From NCBI GenBank assembly GCA_000442015.1, contig KE561209.1, positions 124,001 through 188,000 on the forward strand: DNA of 64,000 bases, read 5' to 3'. Below are positions 36,273-48,972 of this stretch, one piece after another. This DNA is from Rozella allomycis CSF55 (lineage: Eukaryota). The notes below the pieces were generated by a model. That model had not been told where the DNA came from and searched no databases. It saw only the letters and a program-made list of their open reading frames with translations. A program made the translations under genes and the position numbers. Numbering within the stretch: position 1 is the stretch's first letter; each line of letters opens with the position of its first letter.

Positions 36273-36827
36273 TTAAACATGAACAATGTCTGTGAGACCA
36301 ATGAATCTTTGCGGATCGGAAGAATAAATGGTGGAAGAACCAGGCATATTGTAAATGGGGAGGTTCGGTCCGTTAAAACCAGAACCATTGCCACCTACGA
36401 TTGTCACATCAGCACAATTCATGTAGTATTCTGGTTGTCCTGATAACACTGGAACCCATGACCATGCGAAAACAGCATTTCCCGATGGAGCATTTTGAGG
36501 AATCATGACTTGATAATTATGATTGATAGGGCATGACTTGTCAGTAGACGAAATGACCTTGAAAGTATGACCTCCATCGTAGGAGAGGGAAAATAAGCAA
36601 CCGCCACCACCGTGGGGAGCACCTCCAGATATGACGACTTCAATTAGTGAGCCAGCTGTAAGGGTTGTTGTCGAGCCTCCTGCGTGTCTTCCCTGGCAAA
36701 GTTCTTTGGCGGGTGAATTATCTGTGCCTTGACGAGGGACGGGGACAGTCATGAGCATATGAGAAGTGGCAAGAGATAAGCATGCAAGTGAAACCAAGGA
36801 GGAAGTGAACAATTTGGAGAAAATCAT
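36273..36827 (-). CDS. Secreted lytic polysaccharide monooxygenase, AA11-like
   Basis: Signal peptide then His1 (HMLMTVPVPR); APHGGGGCLFSLSYD; FAWSW..GQPEYYMNCADV. Confidence 0.85.
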   Translation of the reverse strand: MIFSKLFTSSLVSLACLSLATSHMLMTVPVPRQGTDNSPAKELCQGRHAGGSTTTLTAGSLIEVVISGGAPHGGGGCLFSLSYDGGHTFKVISSTDKSCPINHNYQVMIPQNAPSGNAVFAWSWVPVLSGQPEYYMNCADVTIVGGNGSGFNGPNLPIYNMPGSSTIYSSDPQRFIGLTDIVHV

Positions 36828-36955
36828 TTTACAGGGGTCTGAGTGCGATCGAGTGGCTTATATACCCCGCTTGACCCTGTGAACCTGAGCGATAAGGGCA
36901 AAGAAATGCTATCGATAAGTCATGCATAGCGCATTCTTTCTATCCTTGGAAACCC

Positions 36956-37590
36956 ATGGCGTTGGCATCACGTAATGAAAATGTTTTGATCATAAATTGC
37001 ACGCCTCTTAACGGCTCTTTCCTAGAGAGAAGGTCAATCTCACTGCAGGAAAATGACTCTATTTTAGTTGGGCGATTTTCTGAAGGTAATAATGTAAAGG
37101 AGAAAATTGACTCTCTTTTGTTTGCCTCGCCTGTAGTCAGCCGCAACCATGCAATTGTAAAGAATGCTAAAGGAAAGGTATGCATATAATAATGAATTAA
37201 AACTTGATTGTCTTAATGGATACGAATAGTTCAGGAGGAACATTTGTTAATGGAAAAAGGATTAATGCAAATGAAGAAGTTGAGATCAATGATGGGGAAA
37301 AGATTCAATTTGGAACTACTCATAAGACGCCTAATGGAAGTAATTTTCTTGAAGATTCTATTAGTAGTTGTAATACCGAGTATTCAATTGCAAATAAAGA
37401 TACAGAATCCATACCAAGAAGAAGCGTACAAGTAATCAATTTAAAATATTTAACCTTTAGTGACATCAGCAAAGATCCTGTGGTTCAAGCTGCTGTCGAG
37501 AATGAGTTCAACAATATCTGGAATACTTTGAGCATGTCCATTCCAGATCCCATTGAATTATTGAGCAAATATAAACTGAAAAACGTGTAA
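36956..37590 (+). CDS. FHA-domain protein, 3 introns (first apparently GT-TG)
   Basis: ILVGR, SPVVSRNHA, DTNSSGGTFVNG, DGEKIQFG. Confidence 0.85.
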
Positions 37591-37666
37591 TATTTTTGAA
37601 TAAACTCTCGCTTTCAAATTTAAGTCTAGTTAGCAAACAAGCCACCAACTTTCCAGGGTGGAAAAA

Positions 37667-38835
37667 ATGGCTGAAATTAATCTTATTCGTAATAACGATG
37701 CCTTTTATCGTTATAAAATGCCTAGACTCCAAGCCAAAGTTGAAGGTAGAGGAAACGGTATTAAAACTGTAATTCTCAACATGGCTGAAATCGCAAAAGC
37801 CGTTTACAGACCACCTTCATGTATGATAATCATTTTAATATTATGAAGATATTACTAAGTTTTTTGGTGATGTTTTGGGAACGCAATCTAAGATAGATGA
37901 CAAGAATAACCGTTACGTTGTTAATGGAAAACATGAAACAATCAAACTGCAAGATCTTGTTTATGATTTTATTGAAAAATTTGTTCTCTGTCAATCAGGT
38001 TCTTGTAACAATCCTGAAACTGAAATTGTAATCCATCTTAGTTTATGAAAACAGATTATCCAAGGATCTGGAAAGAACAAGACTGCTGTAAGAAAATGTG
38101 CTGCGTGTGGTTATACAACACCTTTTGATCCTGTTAATAAATTGACAAACTATATTATTAAGAATCCACCATCGCCAGCAATCGTTCCAGCAACTACAGG
38201 GGCAACAAAGCAACATGCTGATGCTGAAGAAGGGGAACAAGAAGAACACGAGCAAGTTGTACCAGAGCCCGAAGAACAAGAATTAGATGTTGAAGTTGAA
38301 TTGAAGGAAGAGAAGAAACAATTATATGCATTTGGAGAGGAAATCGCTGCTCATCCTGAATGGTCAGCAGAAGAAATTAAGAGAATGGCTGCAGAAAGGG
38401 ACATTGAAGAGCATAGAATTATTATTGTAGTAATGGAAAACTGTTTTACAGAAAATATTTTGGCAGAAATTCCAAAGAAGATTGACTTTCTAAGAGAAGT
38501 AATTTTAAGTAATATTAGAAAATAGTTTTTGAAAAGGCCAAGTTGCCAAAGAGGGTTAATTGGAGGTGTTGAACGCTTTGTAGGTATTCGCTATCCGGAA
38601 TTACTTTCTAAAACTGCTTTAATTTTAAAGACTTTGTATGATGAAGATCTTTTACAAGAAGAACCTGTTTTGGAGTGGGCTAAAAGATTGAATAAGAAAT
38701 ATGTAAGCAAAGATACTTGCAGAGCTGTCCACAAAGCAGCCAAACAGTTTGTGAGGTGGCTTCAGTAATGTTTTTCATTGATTTAAATTTAGAAATGCTG
38801 ATGAAGAATCTGAAGAGGAAGAATCAGATGAATAA
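37667..38835 (+). CDS. TIF5: Translation initiation factor eIF5, 4 introns
   Basis: [24 protein letters not shown], zinc knuckle CNNPET, W2 domain. Confidence 0.96.
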
Positions 38836-38886
38836 AGAATAAATTCTGGTAGCAAACATAACTCATTTTATTAATTAAAATATTTG

Positions 38887-40177
38887 TTAGAAATAGACGT
38901 TATTGTTATTTTCCAACCTTTGGATTTTAAATCCAGTGAAAGATTTCTTGGCTGAGATTGATTTTTGATATCCATTGAATAGCAACAAGTTTGGTGATCC
39001 ATCCCCAAGTTTAGTCAATTTGTCTTTTGTTGCCAATGAAACTATCTTTTCTTTGCTTTCAGCTGGGGTCATATCCTTCTCCGAGAGAATCAAAGCTAAA
39101 ACACCAGCAGCGTGTGGACTAGCCATTGAAGTACCACTAATTGTTTTAGAGTCAGTATTTGAATCTTTCCATCCAGCAGTAATGTTCAATCCAGGAGCAA
39201 ATAATGTAACACATTCACCAAAGTTTGAAAAGAAAGCGCGTTCATCATTAATGTTGCTAGCTCCAGTGGAAACAACACCATTAGCAGACGCAGGTGAATA
39301 TTGGCAGGCGTCTTTATTATCATTTCCTGCAGCTACTGCAACATGCACACCTTTCTTAACAGCCAATTCAACAACAAAATTGATAATGAATGATTTTGGA
39401 CCACCAAGAGACATGTTAATAACCGAAGGTCTTTTGGTTGTCTCTTTTTGTTTGGCTACCCAATCGATTCCCTTTTAAAAGTAATGAAGGGGAATTACCT
39501 TGAGAACATCAAACAAGTTACCAGAGCCATTGTCTTTCAACACCTTAACCGCGATGATCTTGGCTTGCTTAGCAACTCCATATTTGTTTCCAGCAATAGT
39601 AGTGGCAACATGCTACTTCACAGAAACGCAACACTCTTACTGTTCCATGGCCTTGCCCGTCAGCGTCTTTGTCTCCTTTTGGAACTGTTATTCCCCAAAC
39701 TGCACGTCCATCAAAATCTTCGTGTTCAATTCTAACACCTTTTCTTCATACTGAATTTATCGTACCAGTATCAACGACATAGACGTCAACACCTTGACCA
39801 GCGGCCTTTTCATTATAGAAATAGGGAGTATTCAAAGTAAAAGCATTTCTTGAGGAAATTCGAGGAAGTCCCCAAGAAGGTGGCGATGATTGCACGTCCA
39901 TTATGCTATACTCCTTATTTGCCTCAATTGCGAGAATATCGTCAGAGTTGGTGAGAATGGAAAGTACATTGGGGTCCATCTTTGCTGCATATCCATTAAA
40001 TGACTCGTATATGTGTATGATTCCGTTATCTTCAGTTCTCTGGCTAGCAGCAAATTCTTGGCGCAATGAATACAAGTGCTCGTCGACATTAACACCATCC
40101 CTTAGAAGCACAATATATCCTGGGTCAACGGCAAGAACACTAGCCGCTATTGCAAGAGTTAATGAAAGCAGTCTCAT
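38887..40177 (-). CDS. Secreted/vacuolar subtilisin S8A (proteinase K/B-like) with I9 propeptide, 3 introns
   Basis: [27 protein letters not shown] catalytic motifs. Confidence 0.95.
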
Positions 40178-40243
40178 TAGCAATTTCAGGGGTGTGATAA
40201 CCCATCTTGGGAAATTAATTAGCTTTTTTGAGAAAAATCTGAA

Positions 40244-40729
40244 ATGATTTTTTATGTCAGAGCTTTCAATAGATGCAGTCTCATTCCAAGTCAAAGAAGA
40301 TACTTGTTCTCTTTGAAAAAGCCAATTAGTTCCTTTATTACCAGAACTAGGCTGATTAAAGATGACCACATGGTGCAATTGGTCACATCTTCCACCGTCT
40401 TTACTGTCAAGGCGATAATTGCCATGTCCGTTTTGGGCTCACTTGGTGTAGATATGAGGCCGGTCATTACTGGTCTTGGTATCACTGGTTTTACTGTGGG
40501 ATTTGCACTCAAGGATATTGGAGCTAATTTCGTTAGTGGATTTCTTCTCCTGTTCCAAAAACCCTTTAAAATGAACGATGTTATAAAATCTGGATCATAT
40601 CAAGGAAAAGTTATAGGGATGGATGTCAAGTATGTTCACTTGCAAACACCAGAGGGCAGAATATTGCTTCCAAGTTCAACAGTCTATAGCAATCCTATAA
40701 TAATAATCGAAGATTCATTGAAAAAATAG
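40244..40729 (+). CDS. Minimal MscS-family mechanosensitive channel with basic N-terminal presequence
   Basis: GLGITGFTVGFALKDIGANFVSGFLLLFQKPFKMNDVI...GKVIGMD...LPSS; ends after the middle beta domain. Confidence 0.88.
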   Translation: MIFYVRAFNRCSLIPSQRRYLFSLKKPISSFITRTRLIKDDHMVQLVTSSTVFTVKAIIAMSVLGSLGVDMRPVITGLGITGFTVGFALKDIGANFVSGFLLLFQKPFKMNDVIKSGSYQGKVIGMDVKYVHLQTPEGRILLPSSTVYSNPIIIIEDSLKK

Positions 40730-40783
40730 TTATTGATTTTGCTCTAATTAACTTATAAATTTTTTGACCATCTTTTTGTGTTG

Positions 40784-43247
40784 ATGAAATTTCTTAATTT
40801 AGTATTGTTGTATTGCCTTAAAATTGGCTTAAGCTATATATTTTTCTATGAATTCCTACCAGAAAAGCAAAGCTTGAATGGATACTCGACATTTGCTGAT
40901 GAAAGTGAACCCAACCATCCAAAACCAATTTTCTCTAGATTAGTGTTTATTATTATAGATTCATTGAGAGCTGATTTTGTAATGGGAAATAACTCTGGTT
41001 TCAATTTTGTCAAAAGGTAATCAGGTTTATTGCTAAATATTCGAGGAAAATTGAATCTGGAGACGCATTACCCTTTGTTAGTCTTGCCAAACCTCCTACA
41101 GTTACAATGCCAAGGATCAAAGCATTAGTTTCAGGAAGCAACCCAACATTCTTAGATTTGGTGAAAAATTTTGATGCGTACAAGATGACATTTGACAATT
41201 GGTTACATCAATTTAAACAAGCTAATAAATCGATAGTATTTTATGGAGATGATACGTGGATTAAAATGTTTGGTGATGGCTTTTTTAAAAGATCTGAGGG
41301 AACAACTTCGTTTTTTGTTCAGGTAAGCATTAGATGATTTACTGATAGGATACAGTTGAGGTTGATAAAAATGTTACAAGACATCTAGACATCGAATTAA
41401 AGAATAAAGACTGGGATGTGATGATCCTGCATTATTTGGGTTTAGATCATATTTGTCACTCGGAAGGAATTCATAGTGCTAAAATGATTCCAAAGCATCA
41501 AGAAATGGACAAGATTATAGAAAGAATTTATGGAGATTTGCAGGATGAAAGAACGCTTCTCGTTGTTTCAGGAGATCATGGAATCACAGACGTAAAATGA
41601 GTTTATAAAGTTAAATAGCAAGGAAATCACGGAGGATCTTCAATTGAAGAATTAAGCACCGGATTGATTTTTTTATCTCCATTGTTTCATAAACTTGGTC
41701 AGAATAGAGATGGAAGGAATAATTTACTTGGCCAACGAAAAGATCTGAAAACATTCCTAGAGTCAATAGAATCGAATATAAAATATGAAATAGTCAATCA
41801 AATTGACATTGTCTCAACTTTATGTATCTTATTTGGATTGCCAATTCCTAGAAACAATGCAGGCAAGATAATCCCCAGAATTTTATCCATGTATGACGAT
41901 ACTGATAAAAGGAAAGCTTTGGAGTTAAATTTGAATCAAATTTCTAATCTTATAAATGCTTCATTAGAATGCAACTCTTGCCCTAGTGAGTGTTGTGAGT
42001 TGCAAGAAGAAATTAAAAATTGCAACAACGAAAAGAAAATTGATAAAGTTTTGGATATTTTAATCAAAGCATCACATTTTGTTTCAGAATCTTCAAATGA
42101 AGGCAGCACGTACAAAATGGCATTCATTATTTTTCTTTCTCTAATATTGATATTCTCTTCCAATTTTAACTTGAGTGACAAATGGAGTCTCCTTTTTATT
42201 ATATCATTGGTTTTAACAGCAATCATTGATGAATCTTTTCTCATTTATCACTTGGCTGTCGTTATTATGTCTATCCCATTGATCGGATCCTTTAATGATT
42301 ACAATCCAAAGATGAACTATATTGAGTATTTCTACACTTTTTCTTTTATTTTTATCTCTTTTTCTTCTTTTTCGAGTAGTTTCGTGGAAGAGGTTTATCT
42401 TCTATGGAATTACCTAACAGTATCTGGTGTCTTTTGGTCCACCGTTAAGAATAGGTCAGTCAAGAATATTCTTGTTCTTTTCGGATTACGATTTGCTCAA
42501 TGCTGGAATTCAACTGGGTACCAATGGATAAACCTTTTGGACGCACAAGAAGTACTTAGCCCTTATCCCAAATTGACTCTATCACTTTCATTGATTTCTC
42601 ATTGGTTGATGTTCTTTCTACTAACGAAAAAGGATGTTTTATTGTTTATCGCTTCTCTATTAATTTCATTTTATAATGTCGGCGTATTAGATTTGAATCA
42701 AAATGTAATTTTAGCCAGGCTGTGCTATTTGTCTATTATTTTATCAATTATATTCTCGAAATGTAAATTTCGCGCAACTCTCGACTCTTTGGCTACAATT
42801 GGCTTTTTGTTACAAAAGACGCACAATACGCTGCTAATTCCTGTTCTTTTGCTCATATTATCAAAGATAGAAGATAGCAATAGTTTAACTCTGTTCTTTC
42901 TTGGTAAAATGATATTTTATTGTTTTGGACAATCTAACAGTAGTTTGGCTAATATAGATATCAGCCATTCGTACATTGGCCTTACAGATTTTAATTACTA
43001 CTTGGTTGGCTTTCTTACCTTTTTCAATACTTATTACGGTCCCATCCTATGCGCCATGAAGAACATTAAATCCCATTCATCCAAAGTCCCATTCATTCAG
43101 CCATTGTTTCTATTACATTCATTTACAGTATTCACTGTTTGCTTTATCTTTAGAAATCATCTATTTGTATGGTCTGTTTTCGCTCCTTATTTTATGTATG
43201 AAATTTTTTGGATTCCGATTCAATTTGCTTTTTCAATTACTAAATAA
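40784..43247 (+). CDS. GPI7: GPI ethanolamine-phosphate transferase PIG-G/Gpi7, 3 introns
   Basis: IIDSLRADF, PPTVTMPRIKAL, YGDDTW, LHYLGLDHICH, GDHG..GNHGGS, FRNHLFVWSVFAP. Confidence 0.93.
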
Positions 43248-43447
43248 ATAGAGTCATTTGCTTTCAACTATTATTTATTAATACAAATAAAAAATTTAAT
43301 AATAAGAATAATCAGGAAGTGTCAAGACGACATCAGTCACATCACAGCAATTAACATTGACATTTGACCTCACGTAAAATATACAATTAACAATATACTA
43401 AAAATGCTTAAATTTATTTCCTGCATTCAGCATTGTTTGATGGGGAA

Positions 43448-43717
43448 TTAGTTATGCTGATCGAAAATTTTGACTGGCGACACTGACCTCCCTTGAATGA
43501 CTGTCAAAACTATTCCACTGTCATTGCTTACTGCTTCATCTTCACCTTCTAATAGTTCATGGAGGTTCCATACTGCTCTGGATCTTCTCAAAGTTCCAAA
43601 TTTTCGTGAAGATTGAAACGCTACGGTTTCAACATCATAATTGTTAAAACAAGAATTATCACTTTGAGTGGTATTAAAAAAGGAATCTGCAGATAAAGAT
43701 CGGGTATGTTTGAGCAT
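43448..43717 (-). CDS. Hypothetical small protein
   Basis: 89 aa ATG ORF filling an intergenic gap; no recognised motif. Confidence 0.45.
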   Translation of the reverse strand: MLKHTRSLSADSFFNTTQSDNSCFNNYDVETVAFQSSRKFGTLRRSRAVWNLHELLEGEDEAVSNDSGIVLTVIQGRSVSPVKIFDQHN

Positions 43718-43902
43718 GACAAAATATTTGCCAAGCGAATTTATATTGGGGCTTGGGACAAATTTAGAGCAAAAAAGCCAAAATTATTTCCCAGAAATTA
43801 GTATTTATAAATTAAAATAGAATAGAATAGATTTATAATATCAGACTTGAGAGCATTTCAATAGGACCAACTAAGCCATCATAACCCTTGTTTGACGAGA
43901 AA

Positions 43903-45160
43903 ATGGCAGAAAGAGGTAGTCGTCACAATTCCGAGGAAGATAAAATGGTGTTTGAAACTTCGCCAAGTGTCAAAGTAATTCATAGCTTTGAGGAACTTGA
44001 ACTGAATGAAGACCTTTTGAGGGGTATTTACGCATATAGTAAGACTTTGTTGTTTGCTGGAATAAGATTATGAAAAGCCATCAGCTATTCAACAAAGAGC
44101 TATTAAACCGATTATTCAAGGAAGAGATATTATTGCTCAAGCACAATCTGGAACTGGCAAGACTGCAACTTTTTCTATTGGAGTTTTGCAAAGAATTGAT
44201 ACCAGTCTTAGAGAGCCACAAGCACTTGTACTTTCACCCACTAGAGAACTTGCGACACAAATCCAAAGTGTGATGTTGGCTTTGGGTGATTATATGAATG
44301 TACAAGTTCATGCGTGTATAGGAGGAAGCAGTGTTGGAGAAGATATTAAAAAATTAGATTATGGACAACACGTGGTATCTGGAACACCTGGAAGAGTTTT
44401 TGATATGATTAGAAGAAGAAATTTGAGAACCAGACATATTAAGATGTTGGTGTTGGATGAAGCTGATGAAATGTTATCGAGAGGATTTAAAGAACAAATT
44501 TATGATATTTATAGATTTCTACCAGCGGGTGTTCAACTTGTTATTGTTTCAGCTACCCTCCCACAAGAAGTTTTAGAATTAACAACCCAATTCACCACTG
44601 ATCCTGTCAGAGTTTTAGTTAAGCGTGATGAACTTACTTTGGAAGGAATTAAACAATTTTTTGTAGCTGTTGAAAAAGAAGAGTGGAAGTTTGATACGCT
44701 TTGTGACTTGTACGACACTTTAACGATTACTCAAGCTGTTATTTTCTGTAACACAAAAGTTAAAGTTGATTGGTTGACAGAAAAGATGCGTGAATCTAAT
44801 TTTACAGTCTCATCAATGCACAGCGATATGCCACAAAAAGAACGTGAAGCGATCATGCAAGAATTCAGACAAGGAGCAAGGTAATCAACATTTAGTATTT
44901 AAAGTAGCCGTGTTTTAATAACGACTGACATTTGGGCCAGAGGAATTGACGTTCAACAAGTCTCTCTAGTTATTAATTATGATTTGCCAATCAACCGTGA
45001 AAATTACATTCACAGAATCGGTCGTTCTGGAAGATACGGTCGTAAAGGTGTTGCAATAAATTTTGTAAAGAACGAGGACGTTAAAATTCTTCGTGATATT
45101 GAACAATATTATTCCACCCAAATTGATGAAATGCCAATGAATGTTTCCGATTTAATTTAA
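43903..45160 (+). CDS. FAL1: DEAD-box helicase eIF4A-III/Fal1, 2 introns
   Basis: [52 protein letters not shown]. Confidence 0.96.
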
Positions 45161-45191
45161 ATAAACTATTCAATCAAAACAATTTATTAAT

Positions 45192-46052
45192 TTACATTTC
45201 TTCAATCTTATCTCCTAATCCAGGTCCTTGAAAGAAATCATCCACAATCCCATCCATTTTAAATGCCATCAATTCCTCCTTTTCATCATTCTCCCGCTTT
45301 GCATTATTTTTACCATTCACATTTTCTACCAGACTATCGTTACTATTAAACACAAACCTAGCTGCGTTTTGTTCGTCATTCTTCACAGCATTCTTAATTT
45401 CAGTCATTTTATTCAAATTATTATGTAGCTTCTCTGGACTACTTAGTATTTGTTGATAATAAAAGAATCCATTAGGATGATATATTAATGCCATGGACCC
45501 TTCAGGTGAATTTATAATTGGCGGCAAATGCGTTGGAGAAACTTTGTTCATGTTATGATTAACAATCTCACTACCGTCAGAAGGCTCGTGAGTATTATTG
45601 TATGTCGGAGTAACTGCACTTTGTCCATTTGATTGCATAGAAGGAGGAGAAAATAATTTGTTCATCAATGGGTTCACAAACTCACTCCCATCAGAAGGCT
45701 CATGAAAATTATTATTATATATCAGATTATATCCACTTTGTCCATTTGATTGCACAGAAGGAGGTGATATCATGAATTCATCTTCCAACGGCGACTTGTT
45801 ATATGCCTTTTCTAGTAGTTTCCTTTGAAGCGTTCCTTTGGCATTAGCCATTCTTTGCTTGTATGGTGTATTATTTTTGTATTGTCTCGATTCAATATTC
45901 AACGCGATTTTTCTTCTTAATCGATTGTTCAACGACGCTTTTCTCATCATTGATATCTGCTGTTGCTCATAATACTCTGCTATGTTGAATGGTTGGAAAT
46001 CTGGAGTAGACACATTTTTTGGTAGTAATGGCTTTTGTTTCAAGTCTGGCAT
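45192..46052 (-). CDS. Hypothetical low-complexity protein with internal ~39-aa duplication
   Basis: 286 aa ORF; SPPS(V/M)QSNGQS...HEPSDGSE occurs twice (45535-45767). Confidence 0.6.
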   Translation of the reverse strand: MPDLKQKPLLPKNVSTPDFQPFNIAEYYEQQQISMMRKASLNNRLRRKIALNIESRQYKNNTPYKQRMANAKGTLQRKLLEKAYNKSPLEDEFMISPPSVQSNGQSGYNLIYNNNFHEPSDGSEFVNPLMNKLFSPPSMQSNGQSAVTPTYNNTHEPSDGSEIVNHNMNKVSPTHLPPIINSPEGSMALIYHPNGFFYYQQILSSPEKLHNNLNKMTEIKNAVKNDEQNAARFVFNSNDSLVENVNGKNNAKRENDEKEELMAFKMDGIVDDFFQGPGLGDKIEEM

Positions 46053-46186
46053 ACTTCGGAAGGTAAACTATGTCTAAAAATAAATCCACATTTGGATCAT
46101 GAGTGTCCATAATTTACTTCAAATAATGATTCTACAACGCGTTTTGTTGAAATAAAAATGAAAAGTTAATAACTGAATTTACAGGA

Positions 46187-47187
46187 ATGTTCCTTCGTCA
46201 ATTTAGGAAGCCAATATTTTCAATTACGAGAATAATAACGAGAAATAAGTTAATTATACCTCCAAAAGGCGATAAAAAAGTGGAAAAGATTGAAAAAAAG
46301 GACAGCGAGGTCGGTTTTCTCGATAGAAGTGATCCATTTAACTCCCAAGACGTAATAATGTAACAAATAGAAAAAATAAGATTATGTACCCCAAATTATT
46401 CCTATTTACATTACTTGGGGCTTCAGTAGTACTGTCATATTTGTACATTATGCGAGACAGAGAATTCAAGAGATTGGACAAGCAGTTTACAGACGTTCAA
46501 AGTTATGGGAAACCATTAATTGGCGGGCCATTTAAACTTGTAGATCACGATGGGATTCCTAGAACTGATGCCGATTTTAAAGGGTCTTTTTTGATGATAT
46601 ACTTTGGGTTTACACATTGCCCTGATATTTGTCCTATGGAGTTGGATAAAGTCGGAAAGATTATAAAAGCGTTAGGTAAAATGATGCGCTACATTAAAAT
46701 AGACTTGGATCCGGAGGTGAAGGATTGTATTCGACCGGTATTTATTAGCGTGGACCCTATTAGAGATGGAGTAGAACAAGTCAAAGATTATCTCGCAGGT
46801 AAATCTCCAATGCATTTTTGTTTAGATTTTCATCCAAAGTTTGTTGGATTAACGGGTCCTATTGAAGAAATTGAGAAATGCGCTAGGAAATATAGAGTGT
46901 ACTTTTCAACCGCCGGCACAGGTAAATTAAATGATTAAAGTTTAAAAGGCCCTGATGCTAATGATTATTTGATGGATCATTCGGCTTATGTATATTTAAT
47001 GGATCCAAAAGGAGAATTCATTGATGTCTTTGGATCTGAAAGTACTTTGCTACAAATGGTTTCTAGACTAACAAATATTATAAAGGACTACGATACACAT
47101 ATTGAAAAAGTCCAGAGAATTGACTTACAACTCCCAAAGATCCCGGCTCCAGTCGAAAAAGCTCAAGAGGCTGAAGAAAGTAAATAA
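46187..47187 (+). CDS. SCO1: Cytochrome c oxidase copper chaperone SCO1, 4 introns
   Basis: IGGPFKL, YFGFTHCPDICPMEL, DYLMDHS..YLMDPKGEF. Confidence 0.95.
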
Positions 47188-47206
47188 ACTAAATTAAAAT
47201 GATTTA

Positions 47207-48972
47207 TTACTCTTCTTGTAAAACAGTGACTACTTCTGAAGCATCTGGACTTTGTCTTAAAGTCCAGTTTGATCCATTTGAAACAGCAATTTGTTTCATA
47301 ACCCTTTGATAAATCCCCTGTGGAAACTTCACTCTTAATTGCGTTTCGATTTCATTGATTATGTCGCCTTTTTTAAGTTGAGGTTTTTGAGTGAATAGTT
47401 TTAATATAACAGATCTATAAGGATCTATGGATTGATCTTGAATGGTTAGTAAAGCAACACATCTATTTGGTAAATGGATGATTGGGAGCTTGCTTAACAA
47501 ATTCTTCAACTCTTGTGAGTCTGAAAGACCTGAAATCGACAATAAATAATCATGGGAACAAATAGAATGTTCCAATAGAGCTCTTCTTATTTTCTGAACA
47601 TTTTCAGATTCGGGCTCATCAATTTCCATAAGAGAATTACTTTGACCCTCGGAAGAGGAAGGATTTGACTTTACTGCTGATTGTTTCTTTGTTTTCGGTT
47701 TTGTTAAATTCTTTAGAACTTTTTCAAACTCTTCTTCAAGTAATTTAGTTTGTCTTTCAACAATCTCTTTATGTTTTGAAAGAAAGGAATCATCTTGCAT
47801 TACTTTCAATTCCCAACCTTTTCCTGCTCTTAATCGCGCAATGTTTGTAAAGACTTCCTTTGCCAGTTCGTTAGTGATGTTGACATGTTCAATCACTTGT
47901 TTCCTTTGCACAAAATGAGATTGGTTAAATTGATGCAAAAGTTTCGTATGAACTTTAATTTGTGATTCGATTTTGTATTTGACGTCACCGCGGACAACCC
48001 AAACCCCCTGCACTAAATGAGCAACCCTTTCCAATTCTCTTAAAATATGTCTATCTTCTTTCTCAGTAACTATTTCCTTTATTTTGTTAAAAGACAAAAC
48101 ATTAGCATTCAAAAATAATGCTTTTATTTGCTCATCTAAAGGCATTTCTTGGAGTTCTTGTAATGAAATCTTTCCAGCATTTCCTTTGACCGGAATATAT
48201 CTTTTTACCAATAGAATTAATTTTTACTCTTGATCCTTTTCATAAGTTGTTGGACTAATAGAATTTAAATAGTCCTGTTTATTATCTTTCAAATGAAACA
48301 AGGTATCTGATTTCGATACCAATTTCCCCATAACTGTGGTGCTTTCAATAGACTTTTATTTCTTTCAAAATTAATTTACTTGTGATGGAAAATATTGATA
48401 CTGCACACTTGGTTCTTCGTTAATATCTTTAAGTTTTAGTGAAAGGGGTCGCTGTGAAATTTCATTCCCATCCATGTTCTTTTTTAAAACTTGTACATTA
48501 ACAATCTTTGGAGTATCATCTTCTTCCTCATCTTCATTATCATCCTTGTTATTGTCATCTATTCTATCAATATGGTTCAAAGTGGGCCTCATTTGGCTAA
48601 CACTTTTTATTGGAGTTAAATGAAGTTTCCCTACATTAACTAGTATTGTTAAGCTATACCATCTTTTATAATCGCAGCTGCATATACGGATTTTTGTTGA
48701 ACCTCGGATGAAGAAATTGAGTAATGCCCCATAACGTCTATTCCAGGTTCAGCTAATTTTCTTCCTTGTTCCTTGTCATATGTCACATGTGCAACATTTA
48801 GAGGAATCGAGAGTTCTAATACATTTGATTGTGATTTGAAGTATGCCTTTTCTGGTGGTAAAGGGTATCCTGAAGTTCTAGTAGGATGTAGCAACAAATG
48901 TAAATGTGGTGTAAGATGAGTAGATAACTGTACTGGAAGTGAAAACAGCTCTTTTCTTTCGGTTCCAGTCAT
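47207..48972 (-). CDS. RPC5: RNA polymerase III subunit RPC5/POLR3E-like, 3 introns
   Basis: LHLLLHPTR, LHLTPIKSVSQMRPTLNHID, AHLVQGVWVV. Confidence 0.8.

Noticed and set aside
38975-40247. Long antisense ORFs over subtilisin (and similar shadows over syntaxin, RPP1, Piezo)
   Set aside because: Antisense shadows of real genes with no independent motifs
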